Assembly (NCBI GenBank): GCA_035564095.1
Contig: DATMTQ010000125.1
Coordinates: 1-39,615, forward strand
Source of the DNA: Microbacterium sp.
GTDB lineage: Bacteria; Actinomycetota; Actinomycetes; Actinomycetales; Microbacteriaceae
Length of the DNA stretch: 39,615 nt
Direction: 5' to 3'
Shown: piece after piece, positions 27,784-37,312 of the stretch
Numbering within the stretch: the stretch's first letter is position 1
Layout: each line of letters begins with the position of its first letter
Translations under genes and position numbers: made by a program
Notes under the pieces: model-generated
What the model was told of the DNA's origin: nothing
What the model saw: the letters and a program-made list of their open reading frames with translations, nothing else
Database searches by the model: none

Positions 27784-29697
27784 CTACCGGGAGACCCAGC
27801 CGGCGCGGGCGCTGCCCCAGCCGGTCTCGGTGTCCCATCCGCTTCCCACCGTGAGGCTGGTGGTCGCTCCGTTGAACGTGCGCACCGAGTAGACGTAGCC
27901 GTTCGAGGCATCCAGCCCGTTCACGAAGTCGACGCGGATCGCGCCGCTGTCGATCCCGGCCCCGGTGACGTCGTGGAATCCGGCGCCGCGCGAGCCGTAG
28001 ATGAGCGGGTTGAGCAGGCCGAGGCCCGCCCCTCCGTCAGCCTGGATCTTCAGCGCCGTGATGCCCGCGAACAGCGGGGACGCGAGGCTCGTGCCGCCGA
28101 TGCGGTACGTGTCGTACGCGGCTGCGCCCGTGAACGTCTGGGTCTGACCGATGAGCATGCCCGTGGTCGGGTCAGCGTCCATCGAGATGTCCGGCACCGC
28201 GCGCCCGCCGTTGGGGCTCTGGATGCCGGCATCCTTCTGGTACTGCGGCTCGGCGATGTTCGACGAGTATCCGCCGCCGCCTCCGTAGAGGAACGACGTG
28301 CTCAGCGTCCAGGAGCCGTTCGAGAGCGCGTACTTCGACGTCTGCCAGCCCGTCTCGCCGACGACCCCGTCGGGCGTGATGGCCGTCGAGGTGCCGCCGA
28401 CCGCGGTGACGTACGGGTCGGATGCCGGGTAGTCGGTCTGCGGGGTGCCGACCGCGGTCGCCTCGTCGCCGTTGTCGCCGCTGGAGAACACGTAGCTGAT
28501 GCCCTGAGCCGCGCCCTGCAGGAACAGGGTCTGGTACTCGAGCAGCAGCGCCGGCTTCACGGCGTCGCCGACCCCGCCCCACGAGTTCGTCACGATCTGG
28601 GCGACGTTCTCGTCGTTGATGCGCGCGAAGGTGTCGAGCAGATCGGCGTCGTAGCAGCTCTTGCCCGCGTAGTAGCGGATGTTCGCCGCGGGAGCCATCG
28701 CGTGCACGGCTTCGACGTCGAGGGTCTCCTCGCCGTACCAGCCGGGCATCGAGCACTGACGCGGGCCGCTGTTCACGCGGGTGTACGAGCCGGGGAGGCT
28801 CTGCGAGAACTGGCCCGTGGTGAACGGCTGATCGCCGGTGTCGGTGGCGTAGCGGTCGGCATCCGCCTCGATCGTGGGCGACGCGTAGGCATCCGTGATG
28901 GCCACCGTCACGCCCTTGCCGTCGAGACCTGCAGCGGCGCCGGCTTCGTAGGCGCCGCGCAGCTGCGGCCCGGTGTACCCGCACGGTGAGAACGGGATGG
29001 CATTGCCCTCGAAGAGCGGCAGGTTGGTGCCGTCGGGCGTGGGCGTGTTCGCCGGCGTCGCGGATCCGTACCATGTGCCGCACACCGGCGCGTTGCGGAA
29101 GCCGCCGTCCGGGGGACCCGGCTTCTGCGTCTTCGGCGAGACGACCGACGGGGTGGTGTCGAGGCCGTTCACCGCGATGACGGCGCCGGCGAGGGATGCC
29201 GGAACGCTCGCGGGACCGGACGGGGACTGCACCGTCATCCCGTCGTGCGCGTACTTCGAGATGGTGACGCCGAACGCCTTGTCCGCGGCTCCGACGCCGC
29301 CCGTGACATCCACGTACCGGTGGTTCGCGTCGACCGCGGCCTTCAGGCCGGCGCCGGTCAGCCAGCTCGTCACCGCGCTCACGGTCGCGGCGCTCGCGTC
29401 GAACTTCGCGTGGTACTGCGCGGCGGTGAGGAAGTGCCGGTACTGGGTCGAGCCCGGGGTCGAGACCGCGGTCGCCAGCGCCTGGAGCGCGGCCATTCCG
29501 CCCTTCGGGGCGAGGTACACGCGGGCGCTCACCGGACCGGTGGCGGGTCCGATCTTCGTGCCGTGGGCCAGCCAGCCGGGCGACGAGTTCGGGATCGGGG
29601 AAGACGTCGGGGCGGCGTTGGCCGCACCGGCGCCTCCGAGGGCGGCGGCGACGGTCGCGAGCGCCGCGATCGACACACCGAGGACATGTTTGCGCAT
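27784..29697 (-). CDS. Secreted S53 peptidase with pro-kumamolisin-type activation domain
   Basis: Signal peptide MRKHVLG...ANA; prodomain PGSTQYRHFLT; EETLDVEAVHAMAP, SSGDNG, GGTSLASP, GWDTETGWGS. Confidence 0.95.
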   Translation of the reverse strand: MRKHVLGVSIAALATVAAALGGAGAANAAPTSSPIPNSSPGWLAHGTKIGPATGPVSARVYLAPKGGMAALQALATAVSTPGSTQYRHFLTAAQYHAKFDASAATVSAVTSWLTGAGLKAAVDANHRYVDVTGGVGAADKAFGVTISKYAHDGMTVQSPSGPASVPASLAGAVIAVNGLDTTPSVVSPKTQKPGPPDGGFRNAPVCGTWYGSATPANTPTPDGTNLPLFEGNAIPFSPCGYTGPQLRGAYEAGAAAGLDGKGVTVAITDAYASPTIEADADRYATDTGDQPFTTGQFSQSLPGSYTRVNSGPRQCSMPGWYGEETLDVEAVHAMAPAANIRYYAGKSCYDADLLDTFARINDENVAQIVTNSWGGVGDAVKPALLLEYQTLFLQGAAQGISYVFSSGDNGDEATAVGTPQTDYPASDPYVTAVGGTSTAITPDGVVGETGWQTSKYALSNGSWTLSTSFLYGGGGGYSSNIAEPQYQKDAGIQSPNGGRAVPDISMDADPTTGMLIGQTQTFTGAAAYDTYRIGGTSLASPLFAGITALKIQADGGAGLGLLNPLIYGSRGAGFHDVTGAGIDSGAIRVDFVNGLDASNGYVYSVRTFNGATTSLTVGSGWDTETGWGSARAGWVSR

Positions 29698-29782
29698 CCG
29701 GGATCTCCAGACATTCAGGGTTCGGCCTCGGCGGTCGCCGATGGCCGCGACGCCGATGCTAGACCTGCGGACGCGCCGTGAC

Positions 29783-29816
29783 CAGGGGGGTTGACGCCGT
29801 AACGGCAGACCCCCTG
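29783..29816. terminator. Hairpin between the cupin gene and the S53 gene
   Basis: CAGGGGG...GCCGT-A-ACGGC...CCCCCTG inverted repeat; terminator or operator. Confidence 0.45.
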
Positions 29817-29850
29817 TCATCCCGCCCGGAGCCGGTCGGTGTCGCGCAGG

Positions 29851-30258
29851 TCACGCGCTCCAGGGGAACGGGCGCTCCCCGTCCCGTTCGCCGTCGCGGC
29901 CGATGGCGGCCAGCGTGTCGCCGCCGGCCCGCAGGCACAGCCACTTCAACGGCCGGTCGCTGTCGGCGGCGCTGTGCACCGCGCGCCACACCTGCGGAGC
30001 GACGCGGATGACGGTGCCCGCCTGCACGGGGGCGACGGAGTCGTCGAGCGCCATCTGACCGCGGCCGTCCAGGAACACGTAAAGCTCTTCGAGCCGGCCG
30101 TGCCGGTGCCAGAACGGGGAGCTCTGCCCTGGGTCGGTCGAGTTCACCGACATGCCGGCGTAGAGGGCGGATTCGCCGTCGACGAAGCGCTTCGCCGTGC
30201 CCTCCTCCTCGCCCCAGGTGTCCAGTCCGCCGAGTTCGCTCACGCTGTAACCGCTCAT
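29851..30258 (-). CDS. Cupin domain protein
   Basis: SPFWHRHGRLEELYVFLDGRG...VAPQVWRA. Confidence 0.88.
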   Translation of the reverse strand: MSGYSVSELGGLDTWGEEEGTAKRFVDGESALYAGMSVNSTDPGQSSPFWHRHGRLEELYVFLDGRGQMALDDSVAPVQAGTVIRVAPQVWRAVHSAADSDRPLKWLCLRAGGDTLAAIGRDGERDGERPFPWSA

Positions 30259-30398
30259 CCCGCCACGGTAACCCACGGTCGTGCCGGGTACCCGCCAGGG
30301 CCACCGTGACAGCAGGTGTCCGAGACGAACCGCTGACACACGGGCGCCGGGCAGCGCTACCGTGACAGCATGACCCGTCCGGCGGCCGGAGTCCGCGC

Positions 30399-32018
30399 AT
30401 GATCACGGTCGCGGAGCTGCGCGGCATCCGCGTGTTCGCCCCGCTCCCGCAGGAGACCCTCGAGTACCTCACCGGCGCCGTCGAGGACATCCGCCTCGCG
30501 CCCGGCGAGTACTTCGCGCACGAGGGCGACGAGCGCGCTCTGTTCATCGTGATCGAGGGCGGTGCCGAGCTGACGAAGGTCGTCAACGGCGACGAGCGCG
30601 TGATCGGCACCCGCAAGCCGGGCCAGTTCTTCGGCGAGCTGCCGATGACGTTCAGCACGCCGTTCCCCGCCAGCGGCCGCGCCGCCGAGCCGTCGCGGAT
30701 CATCAAGCTCGAGCCCGCCGTCTACTACACCGTCGCCGCGATGGCCCCCTCGCTGCCCGACCTGGTGGCGGGGCTCGCCCGTCGGTACGTCGACTGGCTG
30801 CAGCAGATCGCGGCGGAGCGGCCCGAGACCGACGTCACCCTCATCGGGCCGCGGCAGGATGCCGCCGTGCACCGAGCCGCGGGATTCCTCACCCGCAATC
30901 AGGTGGCGTTCGACCGCGTCACCCTCGACGCGCCGGTGCCGGGCGAGGTCTATCCGGTGCTGGACGTGGCGGGCGGCCCGCGGTTCGTCGCGCCGAGCAT
31001 GCGGCAGATCGCCGAGGTGGTCGGGCTGGCCGTGAGGCCGACGGCCTCCGCATACGACGTGGTCGTGCTCGGCGCCGGGCCGGCGGGCCTCACCGCCGCC
31101 GTGAACGGGGCCGCCGAGGGGCTGCGCACGGTCGTCATCGAGTCGCTCGCGCCGGGCGGGCAGGCGGGCACCTCGACGCGCATCGAGAACTACACGGGCT
31201 TCCCGTTCGGGATCTCCGGCGACGACCTGGCCAGCCGTGCGCTCAAGCAGGCGAAGCGGCTCGGGGCGGAGATCGTCGTGACGCGCGCCGTCGAGGCCGT
31301 GCGACCCGGTCCGAGCGACGTGCTGCTCGACGGCGGGGATGTCGTACGCGCGCCCGTGGTGATCATCGCGACCGGTGTGGAGTGGCGCAAGCTCCCGGTG
31401 GACGGCGTCGACCGGTTTCTCGGCAACGGCGTCTACTACGGCGCCGCGCGCAGCGACTCGGCCCTCGCCCATGGCTCGGACGTGTGCATCATCGGCGCCG
31501 GCAACTCCGCCGGACAGGCGGCCCTGTTCTTCTCGCGGCACGCCCGCTCGGTGACGATGCTCGTGCGCGGCGAGACCCTCGAGACCAGCATGTCGCGGTA
31601 CCTCATCGACCAGATCGCCGCGAACGGCATGGTCCGCGTCGAGACTCGCAGTGAAGTGGAGGCCCTGCACGGGGACGGCAGCCTGCGCGCCGTGGACGTC
31701 GTCGACCGCCGCACGGGGCAGACGACCATGCGCGACTGCACGGTGCTGTTCGTCATGATCGGCGCGGATGCCGCCACCGACTGGCTGCCGCCCGAGATCG
31801 CCCGGGACGACCACCGGTTCGTGATGACGGGTCAGGACGCCGCGGCATCCCCGCAGTGGACCGAGGACCGCCGGCCCTTCGCCCTCGAGACCAGCGCGCC
31901 CGGCATCTTCGCGATCGGCGACGTGCGGTCGGGGTCGGTCAAGCGCGTCGCGGCGGGCGTCGGCGAGGGCGGGATGGCGGTCGCCTTCGTGCACCAGTAC
32001 CTCGCCCTGGTGCGGTAG
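30399..32018 (+). CDS. cNMP-binding domain fused to a thioredoxin-reductase-like flavoprotein
   Basis: N-terminal EGD..LFIVIEG...GQFFGE; DVVVLGAGPAG, RIENYTGFP, IGAGNSAGQ, FAIGDVRSGSVKRVA. Confidence 0.92.
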   Translation: MITVAELRGIRVFAPLPQETLEYLTGAVEDIRLAPGEYFAHEGDERALFIVIEGGAELTKVVNGDERVIGTRKPGQFFGELPMTFSTPFPASGRAAEPSRIIKLEPAVYYTVAAMAPSLPDLVAGLARRYVDWLQQIAAERPETDVTLIGPRQDAAVHRAAGFLTRNQVAFDRVTLDAPVPGEVYPVLDVAGGPRFVAPSMRQIAEVVGLAVRPTASAYDVVVLGAGPAGLTAAVNGAAEGLRTVVIESLAPGGQAGTSTRIENYTGFPFGISGDDLASRALKQAKRLGAEIVVTRAVEAVRPGPSDVLLDGGDVVRAPVVIIATGVEWRKLPVDGVDRFLGNGVYYGAARSDSALAHGSDVCIIGAGNSAGQAALFFSRHARSVTMLVRGETLETSMSRYLIDQIAANGMVRVETRSEVEALHGDGSLRAVDVVDRRTGQTTMRDCTVLFVMIGADAATDWLPPEIARDDHRFVMTGQDAAASPQWTEDRRPFALETSAPGIFAIGDVRSGSVKRVAAGVGEGGMAVAFVHQYLALVR

Positions 32019-32055
32019 GGGCTCATGCGGGAGCATAGAAAAGCATGGTCGCCCT

Positions 32056-32258
32056 CTGGTCGGGTCGCTCCTCGTGATGCCGTTCGGCCTCGGCCAGGTG
32101 GCCGCGCTCGCCGCCCGTCCGGTGCTGCTGCCGCCGCTGCTGCGAATGGCGGAGCCGGCGTCGCCTGCAGGGCGCTGCTCGGTCAGGATCTCACGTGGCC
32201 GCACGTGGCTGCGATGCTCGTCGTCACGGAGGCGTCCGCGGTCTCGGTGCTCGGCCAG
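32056..32258 (+). pseudogene. Degraded EamA/RhtA-type transporter remnant
   Basis: Two frames give LVGSLLVMPFGLGQVAALAARPVLL...AEPA and ALLGQDLTWPHVAAMLVVTEASAVSVLG, resembling RhtA middle and C-terminal helices; frameshifted and deleted. Confidence 0.55.
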
Positions 32259-32366
32259 AACCCGCGGACGCCGCAACCGATTTCACTCGGGACACGGTCC
32301 CCGCGCCGATCCCGCAGGCGACCCGATCGGACCGCCGAGGTCGCCGGACCACCGTGCCGCGCGCCG

Positions 32367-32783
32367 TCAGCTCCGGTGCAGGGCGAACACGGGGATGACG
32401 CGGCTCGTCTTCTGCTCGTACTGGCGGAAGCCGTCGCTGTGCGCCTTGAAACGCTCCCACGCGGCATCCCGCGGCGCGCCCGTGAGCTCCTCGGCGCGCA
32501 CCGCGACGATGCCGTCGTCCGGTGTCTCGATCGTCGTCTCGGGGTGCGCGAGCAGGTTGTGATACCAGCCCGGGTTCTGCGGGGCCCCCGCCTTGGAGGC
32601 GGTGATGAACCACGTGTCGGGGTCGTCGCGGATGGCCATCAGCGGAGTGACCCGCTCGGCGCCGGTCTTCGCGCCGATGTGATGCAGCAGGACGAGCGCG
32701 CGGCCGAAACCGTGCGAGACCGTGCCGCCCGTGGCGCGGAACTCATCGATGATCGGCTTGTTCCAGTCGTCGAAAGCGCTCAT
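32367..32783 (-). CDS. Deazaflavin (F420)-dependent oxidoreductase, Ddn/FDOR-A family
   Basis: NKPIIDEFRATGG, GAKTG..RVTPL, ASKAGAPQNPGWYHNL, YEQKTSRVIPVF. Confidence 0.93.
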   Translation of the reverse strand: MSAFDDWNKPIIDEFRATGGTVSHGFGRALVLLHHIGAKTGAERVTPLMAIRDDPDTWFITASKAGAPQNPGWYHNLLAHPETTIETPDDGIVAVRAEELTGAPRDAAWERFKAHSDGFRQYEQKTSRVIPVFALHRS

Positions 32784-32822
32784 TCCTGCTCCTGTCGGTC
32801 CCGGCGGGACGTCGATCCCAGT

Positions 32823-34052
32823 TCAGCACGGAATCCGGCGCGAGGGGGTCGCTCGGCGGAACGTCTCGTCGAGCGCGCCGCTCAGGTCGGCCAGGAGGTC
32901 GTCGACGTCCTCGAGCCCTACCGACAGGCGCAGGTGACCCATCCGTCGGAACGGCTCCGGATACGCCGCGACGCGACCGCCCTCGGTTCCGGTGTGCACG
33001 ATGAGCGAGTCGTCGTGTCCGAGGGAGAACCCCGAGGTGATCAGACGCAGATTGGCGACGAAGCGGTTCTGGGTAGCGGGGTCGCCGTCAACCGCGAAGG
33101 CGAGCATCCCGCCGAACGCCCCGCGGAACTGCCGGGCGGCGAGGTCGTGCTGCGGATGCGACGGCAGGCCCGGGTAGGCGACGTACGCGACGCGGGCGTC
33201 GCCCGCGAGGAATTCCGCGACGGCATTCGCCGACGACACGTGCTGCCGCATCCGCAGCGGAAGGGTGACCGAGCCGCGCTGGATCTGCCAGGCGTTGAAC
33301 GGCGAGATGATGCCGCCCACGTCGACCATGGCATCCGCCTTGATCGGCTCGATGAGCTCGCGCCGGCCGATGACGGCTCCGCCCATGGCATCGCCGTGCC
33401 CGTTGATGTACTTGGTCAGCGAGTGCACGACGAGATCGGCGCCGTCGGCGATCGGACGGTAGCAGGGCGGCGGCGTATAGGTGGAGTCCACCATCAGGAC
33501 CGCACCGGCGTCGTGGGCGATCGCGGCGATGGCGGCGACGTCCGCGACCTTGGTCGTGGGGTTGGCGATCGCCTCGATGCACACCAGGCGTGTGTTCGGG
33601 CGCATCGCGGCCCGCACGGCGTCGTGGTCGGTGACGTCGACGAAGGTGGCCTCGATGCCGTACCGCTGCGGCAGCAGCTCCGTCCACAGGCGCCAGGTCG
33701 CCTCGTAGGTCACGTCGCTGACGACCACGTGGTCGCCGACGCGCACGTGCGTGAAGAACACGGCATGCAGCGCGGCGACCCCGGATGCCAGCGCCACGGC
33801 ATCCTCGCCCCCGTCGAGAGCGGCCAGCTTCTCCTGCAGCGCCTGCTGGTTCACGCCCGTGTTGCGGGTGTAGAGCCCGGGCGCCGTGGCCGACCAGCTG
33901 ATCTCGCTCGGGTCGTCGGGCAGCTGGTACGAGTTGGCGAGCACCAGCGGGGTGCGCAGCGCTCGGGTCGAATCGACGTGGATGCCGCCGTGGACGGCGA
34001 GGCTGGCGTGCGCCAGCGTCTCAGGTCGCGTGCGATCGGGGCGTGCGCGCAT
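32823..34052 (-). CDS. PLP-dependent Cys/Met-metabolism (gamma-lyase/gamma-synthase family) enzyme, atypical
   Basis: LYTRN, ASGVAAL, ANPT, VVHSLTKYINGHGD (PLP Lys), LRLSVGLED; GAAGGAG RBS before ATG 34052. Confidence 0.93.
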   Translation of the reverse strand: MRARPDRTRPETLAHASLAVHGGIHVDSTRALRTPLVLANSYQLPDDPSEISWSATAPGLYTRNTGVNQQALQEKLAALDGGEDAVALASGVAALHAVFFTHVRVGDHVVVSDVTYEATWRLWTELLPQRYGIEATFVDVTDHDAVRAAMRPNTRLVCIEAIANPTTKVADVAAIAAIAHDAGAVLMVDSTYTPPPCYRPIADGADLVVHSLTKYINGHGDAMGGAVIGRRELIEPIKADAMVDVGGIISPFNAWQIQRGSVTLPLRMRQHVSSANAVAEFLAGDARVAYVAYPGLPSHPQHDLAARQFRGAFGGMLAFAVDGDPATQNRFVANLRLITSGFSLGHDDSLIVHTGTEGGRVAAYPEPFRRMGHLRLSVGLEDVDDLLADLSGALDETFRRATPSRRIPC

Positions 34053-34143
34053 GGATGCTCCTTCTTCCGTGGCCGACGTTCTCACGTTAGCGTGTGGTAT
34101 CAACATCTGTAAATGTCAGTAATGCATAGAAGTAGGTTTCGCC

Positions 34144-34572
34144 GTGGACGCCATCGATGACCGGATCGTCGCCGAGCTGACGCGGGATGCCCGCGTGCCC
34201 CTCGTCGCGCTCGCCGCGCGCGTGCATCTCTCCCGCAACGCGGTGAAGCAGCGCATGGAGCGGATGGAGCGCGACGGCGTGATCGCGGGCTACACGCTGC
34301 GGCCCGGCGCGGCACGAGCGCACCGGGTGACCGCCATCGTGCTCGTCTACCGCGCCGACCGGATGCGCGGGGCGCACGTCGTGACGGCGCTCGAGCAGAT
34401 CCCCGAGGTCGTGCGCTGCGACGTGCTGTCGGGGGAGTTCGACCTGCTCGCCACGGTGCAGGCCGCCACGATGGACCGCGTGGGCGAGATCTGGGAGCAG
34501 ATCGCGGCGCTTCCCGGCGTGGCGAACACGGTCACGTCGGTGTCTCTCGCGCGCGTGATCGACCGGGGCTGA
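34144..34572 (+). CDS. Lrp/AsnC family regulator
   Basis: DAIDDRIVAELTRDAR...LSRNAVKQRMERMERDGVIAGY, LSGEFDL; divergent from the lyase across an AT-rich spacer. Confidence 0.95.
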   Translation: MDAIDDRIVAELTRDARVPLVALAARVHLSRNAVKQRMERMERDGVIAGYTLRPGAARAHRVTAIVLVYRADRMRGAHVVTALEQIPEVVRCDVLSGEFDLLATVQAATMDRVGEIWEQIAALPGVANTVTSVSLARVIDRG

Positions 34573-34615
34573 CCCGAGTGCCGGATGGTCCGGTGGGGTC
34601 GGCCCCGGCCGCTGC

Positions 34616-35983
34616 TCACGTGTTGAGGCAGACGACCTTCGGCTGGGTCATCTCCTCGTAGGCGAACCGGACGCCCTCGCGCCCCATGCTGCCGTACTTG
34701 GCGCCGCCGAACGGCATGCTGTCCACGCGATAGTCGGACGAATCGTTGACCATGACGCCGCCGGCCTCGATCCGGTCCGCGACGCGCAGCGCCCGGCCGA
34801 TGTCGGTCGTGAAGGCGGCTGCATGCAGCGCGTACTCGATCTCGTTCGCGCGGGCGATCGCCTCGTCCTCCGTGTCGAAAGCCGACAGCACGACGATCGG
34901 GGCGAACGCCTCCTCACGGCACAGCTCTCCGGCCGCCGGGACGTCCTCCACCACGGTGGGCCAGTACACGGACCCCTCGCGCCAGTGGCCGGCCAGCACG
35001 CGCGCCCCCGCTGCGACGGCCTCGTCGACGAGGCGCTCGGCGCGCTCGGCGGCCGCGATCGAGATCATCGGTCCGACGTCGGTGCGCTCGTCGAAGGGAT
35101 CCCCCGCCTTCAGAGCCTCCGTGCGGGCGACGAAGCGGTCGCGGAACTGCTCGTACACGTCGCGCTGCACGAGGATCCGCTGGACGCCCACGCAGTTCTG
35201 TCCCGCAGCCCAGAAAGCGCCCGAGACGCACGCGTCGACGGCGGCGGGGAGGTCGGCATCCGCGAAGACGACGACCGGAGCATTGCCGCCGAGCTCCATG
35301 GCGAGCCGCTTCAGCCCCGCCCCCCGGGCGATCGCCTCGCCGGTCGCGAAGCCGCCGGTGAACGACACGAGCCGCACGTCGCGCACCGAGATCAGGGCCT
35401 GCGCCAGGTGCCGGTCCCCGTGCACGACGGTCACGACCTCGGCCGGCATCCCCGCGTCGACCAGCAGGTCCACGAGGAACTGCGCCGTCAGCGGCGTGAA
35501 CTGGGACGGCTTGAGGATGACCGAGTTCCCCGCGGCGATCGCGGGGCCGAGCTTGTGCGCGACGAGGTTGAGGGCGTCGTTGTACGGCGTGATCGCCACG
35601 ATGACGCCGAGCGGCTCGCGGGTGAACCAGCCGCGCCGGTTCTCGGATCCCTCGAACGCGTCGAACGGGATCACCTCGCCGGCGTGGGAGCGGGCGACTT
35701 CGGCAGACAGTGACAGGGTCGTCGCGGCGCGCGACACCTCCTTGCGCGCCTGCCGGATGGTCTTGCCCGCCTCGCGCACGAGCAGAGTGGCGGCCTGCTC
35801 GGAGAGCTCGCGCAGCAGCCCGGCGGCCCGGTCGAGCACGGCATGCCGGGAGAACCGGGAGAGGGCGCGGGCCGCGGCGGAGCCGGCGCGCGCACGGGCC
35901 ATGATGCGGTCGACGTCGAACGGATCGGACACCGCGAGGGTGTGCCGGGCGGCGGTCGGCTCGGGAGCGATGACGGCGGTCAC
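34616..35983 (-). CDS. NAD(P)-dependent aldehyde dehydrogenase
   Basis: [23 protein letters not shown] (catalytic Cys), [20 protein letters not shown]; GTGA overlap with the upstream gene. Confidence 0.95.
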   Translation of the reverse strand: MTAVIAPEPTAARHTLAVSDPFDVDRIMARARAGSAAARALSRFSRHAVLDRAAGLLRELSEQAATLLVREAGKTIRQARKEVSRAATTLSLSAEVARSHAGEVIPFDAFEGSENRRGWFTREPLGVIVAITPYNDALNLVAHKLGPAIAAGNSVILKPSQFTPLTAQFLVDLLVDAGMPAEVVTVVHGDRHLAQALISVRDVRLVSFTGGFATGEAIARGAGLKRLAMELGGNAPVVVFADADLPAAVDACVSGAFWAAGQNCVGVQRILVQRDVYEQFRDRFVARTEALKAGDPFDERTDVGPMISIAAAERAERLVDEAVAAGARVLAGHWREGSVYWPTVVEDVPAAGELCREEAFAPIVVLSAFDTEDEAIARANEIEYALHAAAFTTDIGRALRVADRIEAGGVMVNDSSDYRVDSMPFGGAKYGSMGREGVRFAYEEMTQPKVVCLNT

Positions 35984-37035
35984 CGTGCCACCTCGCTGGG
36001 GGCGCGCAGGCCCGCGTCGATCGCGATGATGTCGGACAGCAGCGCGTAGGCGGTCTCGATGCGACCGGCGCCGGGCCCGGCGACGGTCACGGTGCCGAGC
36101 AGGTCGGTGTCGAACGAGACGGCGTTGGTCGGCCCGGAGACGCCGGCGAGCGGATGCGTGAGCGGCAGCGCGACGGGCTCGACGCTCGCCGTCACCGTGC
36201 CGTCGTCGCTCCGGAACGCCGACCCCACAAGCTTCCAGCGCTTGCCGTCCGCCGCCGCCGCGACGATGTCGGACGCCGTCAGGTCCGAGATCCCCCGGCG
36301 GACGACGTCGGCCGTGGTGATGCCGGCGTCCAGAAGCTCGTTGGCGAGGATCACGACCTTCAGCTGCACGTCGGAGCCCTCGATGTCGGCCGTGGGATCC
36401 GCTTCCGCATAGCCGAGCGACTGCGCCTCGGCGACGGCATCCGGCAGGGACATGCCGGTCTCCATCTGCCCGAGCACGTAGTTGCTCGTGCCGTTGAGGA
36501 TGCCCTGGACACCCGTCACGCGCAGTCCCTTGAGGGTCTCGGAGGCGAAGCGCAGGATCGGGGTGCCGCTGAGCACCGCACCCTCGTACTCGAAGCGGGC
36601 GCCGTGCGTGCGGGCGATGCGGTTCAGCTCCGCCGCCGCGAGGGCGACGGGACCCTTGTTGGTCGTGGTCACGCTCTTGCCGCTCTCCAGGGCGGCGCGC
36701 ACGTGCGAGACCGCCGGCTCGCCGTCCACCGGATTGGTGAACGTGGCCTCGACGACCACGTCGGCGGTGGTGTGGCGGATCACGTGCTCGTTCTGCGGGA
36801 TCGCCGCCCCGCCGGGCCGGCCGGCGAACGTCGCGCCCGCCGGCATCCCGAGCACCTCGCCCAGGTCGATCCCGTCGGCCTGCATGAGCGAGCCGAGGCG
36901 CAGGTCGGTGATGGCCACCACCCGCAGCGAGAACCCGAGGTCGTCGGCGAGCTGCGGGCCGCGGGCGTGGATGATCTCGGCGAGGGCGCGATTCACGCCG
37001 CCGAAGCCGATGAGAGCGATGTCGTGGTCAGGCAC
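35980..37035 (-). CDS. Homoserine dehydrogenase, short form lacking the ACT domain
   Basis: [50 protein letters not shown]; 351 aa. Confidence 0.95.
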   Translation of the reverse strand: MPDHDIALIGFGGVNRALAEIIHARGPQLADDLGFSLRVVAITDLRLGSLMQADGIDLGEVLGMPAGATFAGRPGGAAIPQNEHVIRHTTADVVVEATFTNPVDGEPAVSHVRAALESGKSVTTTNKGPVALAAAELNRIARTHGARFEYEGAVLSGTPILRFASETLKGLRVTGVQGILNGTSNYVLGQMETGMSLPDAVAEAQSLGYAEADPTADIEGSDVQLKVVILANELLDAGITTADVVRRGISDLTASDIVAAAADGKRWKLVGSAFRSDDGTVTASVEPVALPLTHPLAGVSGPTNAVSFDTDLLGTVTVAGPGAGRIETAYALLSDIIAIDAGLRAPSEVAR

Positions 37036-37312
37036 GTTCGGAGTCCTTCACAGGTCGGGGAGGGATGCCACCCATCCTGCAAAGCGGCACGGTCAGCCCG
37101 CGCCTGCCGGAACGCCCGTCGACCTGGTCGATCTGCGCACGGCGCGGACGCTCTGCCCGAACCGGGCCGTCATCGTCGCGGACCCTTGTGCCCCGTTCGC
37201 GGCCGTGGATAGTCTCCGGAGGAAATCTTGTGTGGCATCGGCACATGGATGTGGTGATATAGCACACAGGATTGTTCCCACCCATCTCCGCCCACTCGAA
37301 TGCGAGAATGCC

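Noticed and set aside
37036-37312. Riboswitch (SAM/guanidine) or sigma-54 site between homoserine dehydrogenase and the permease
   Set aside because: No recognisable aptamer consensus by eye; TGGCA lacks a properly spaced TTGC and sigma-54 is not typical of this group. An Rfam scan would be decisive.
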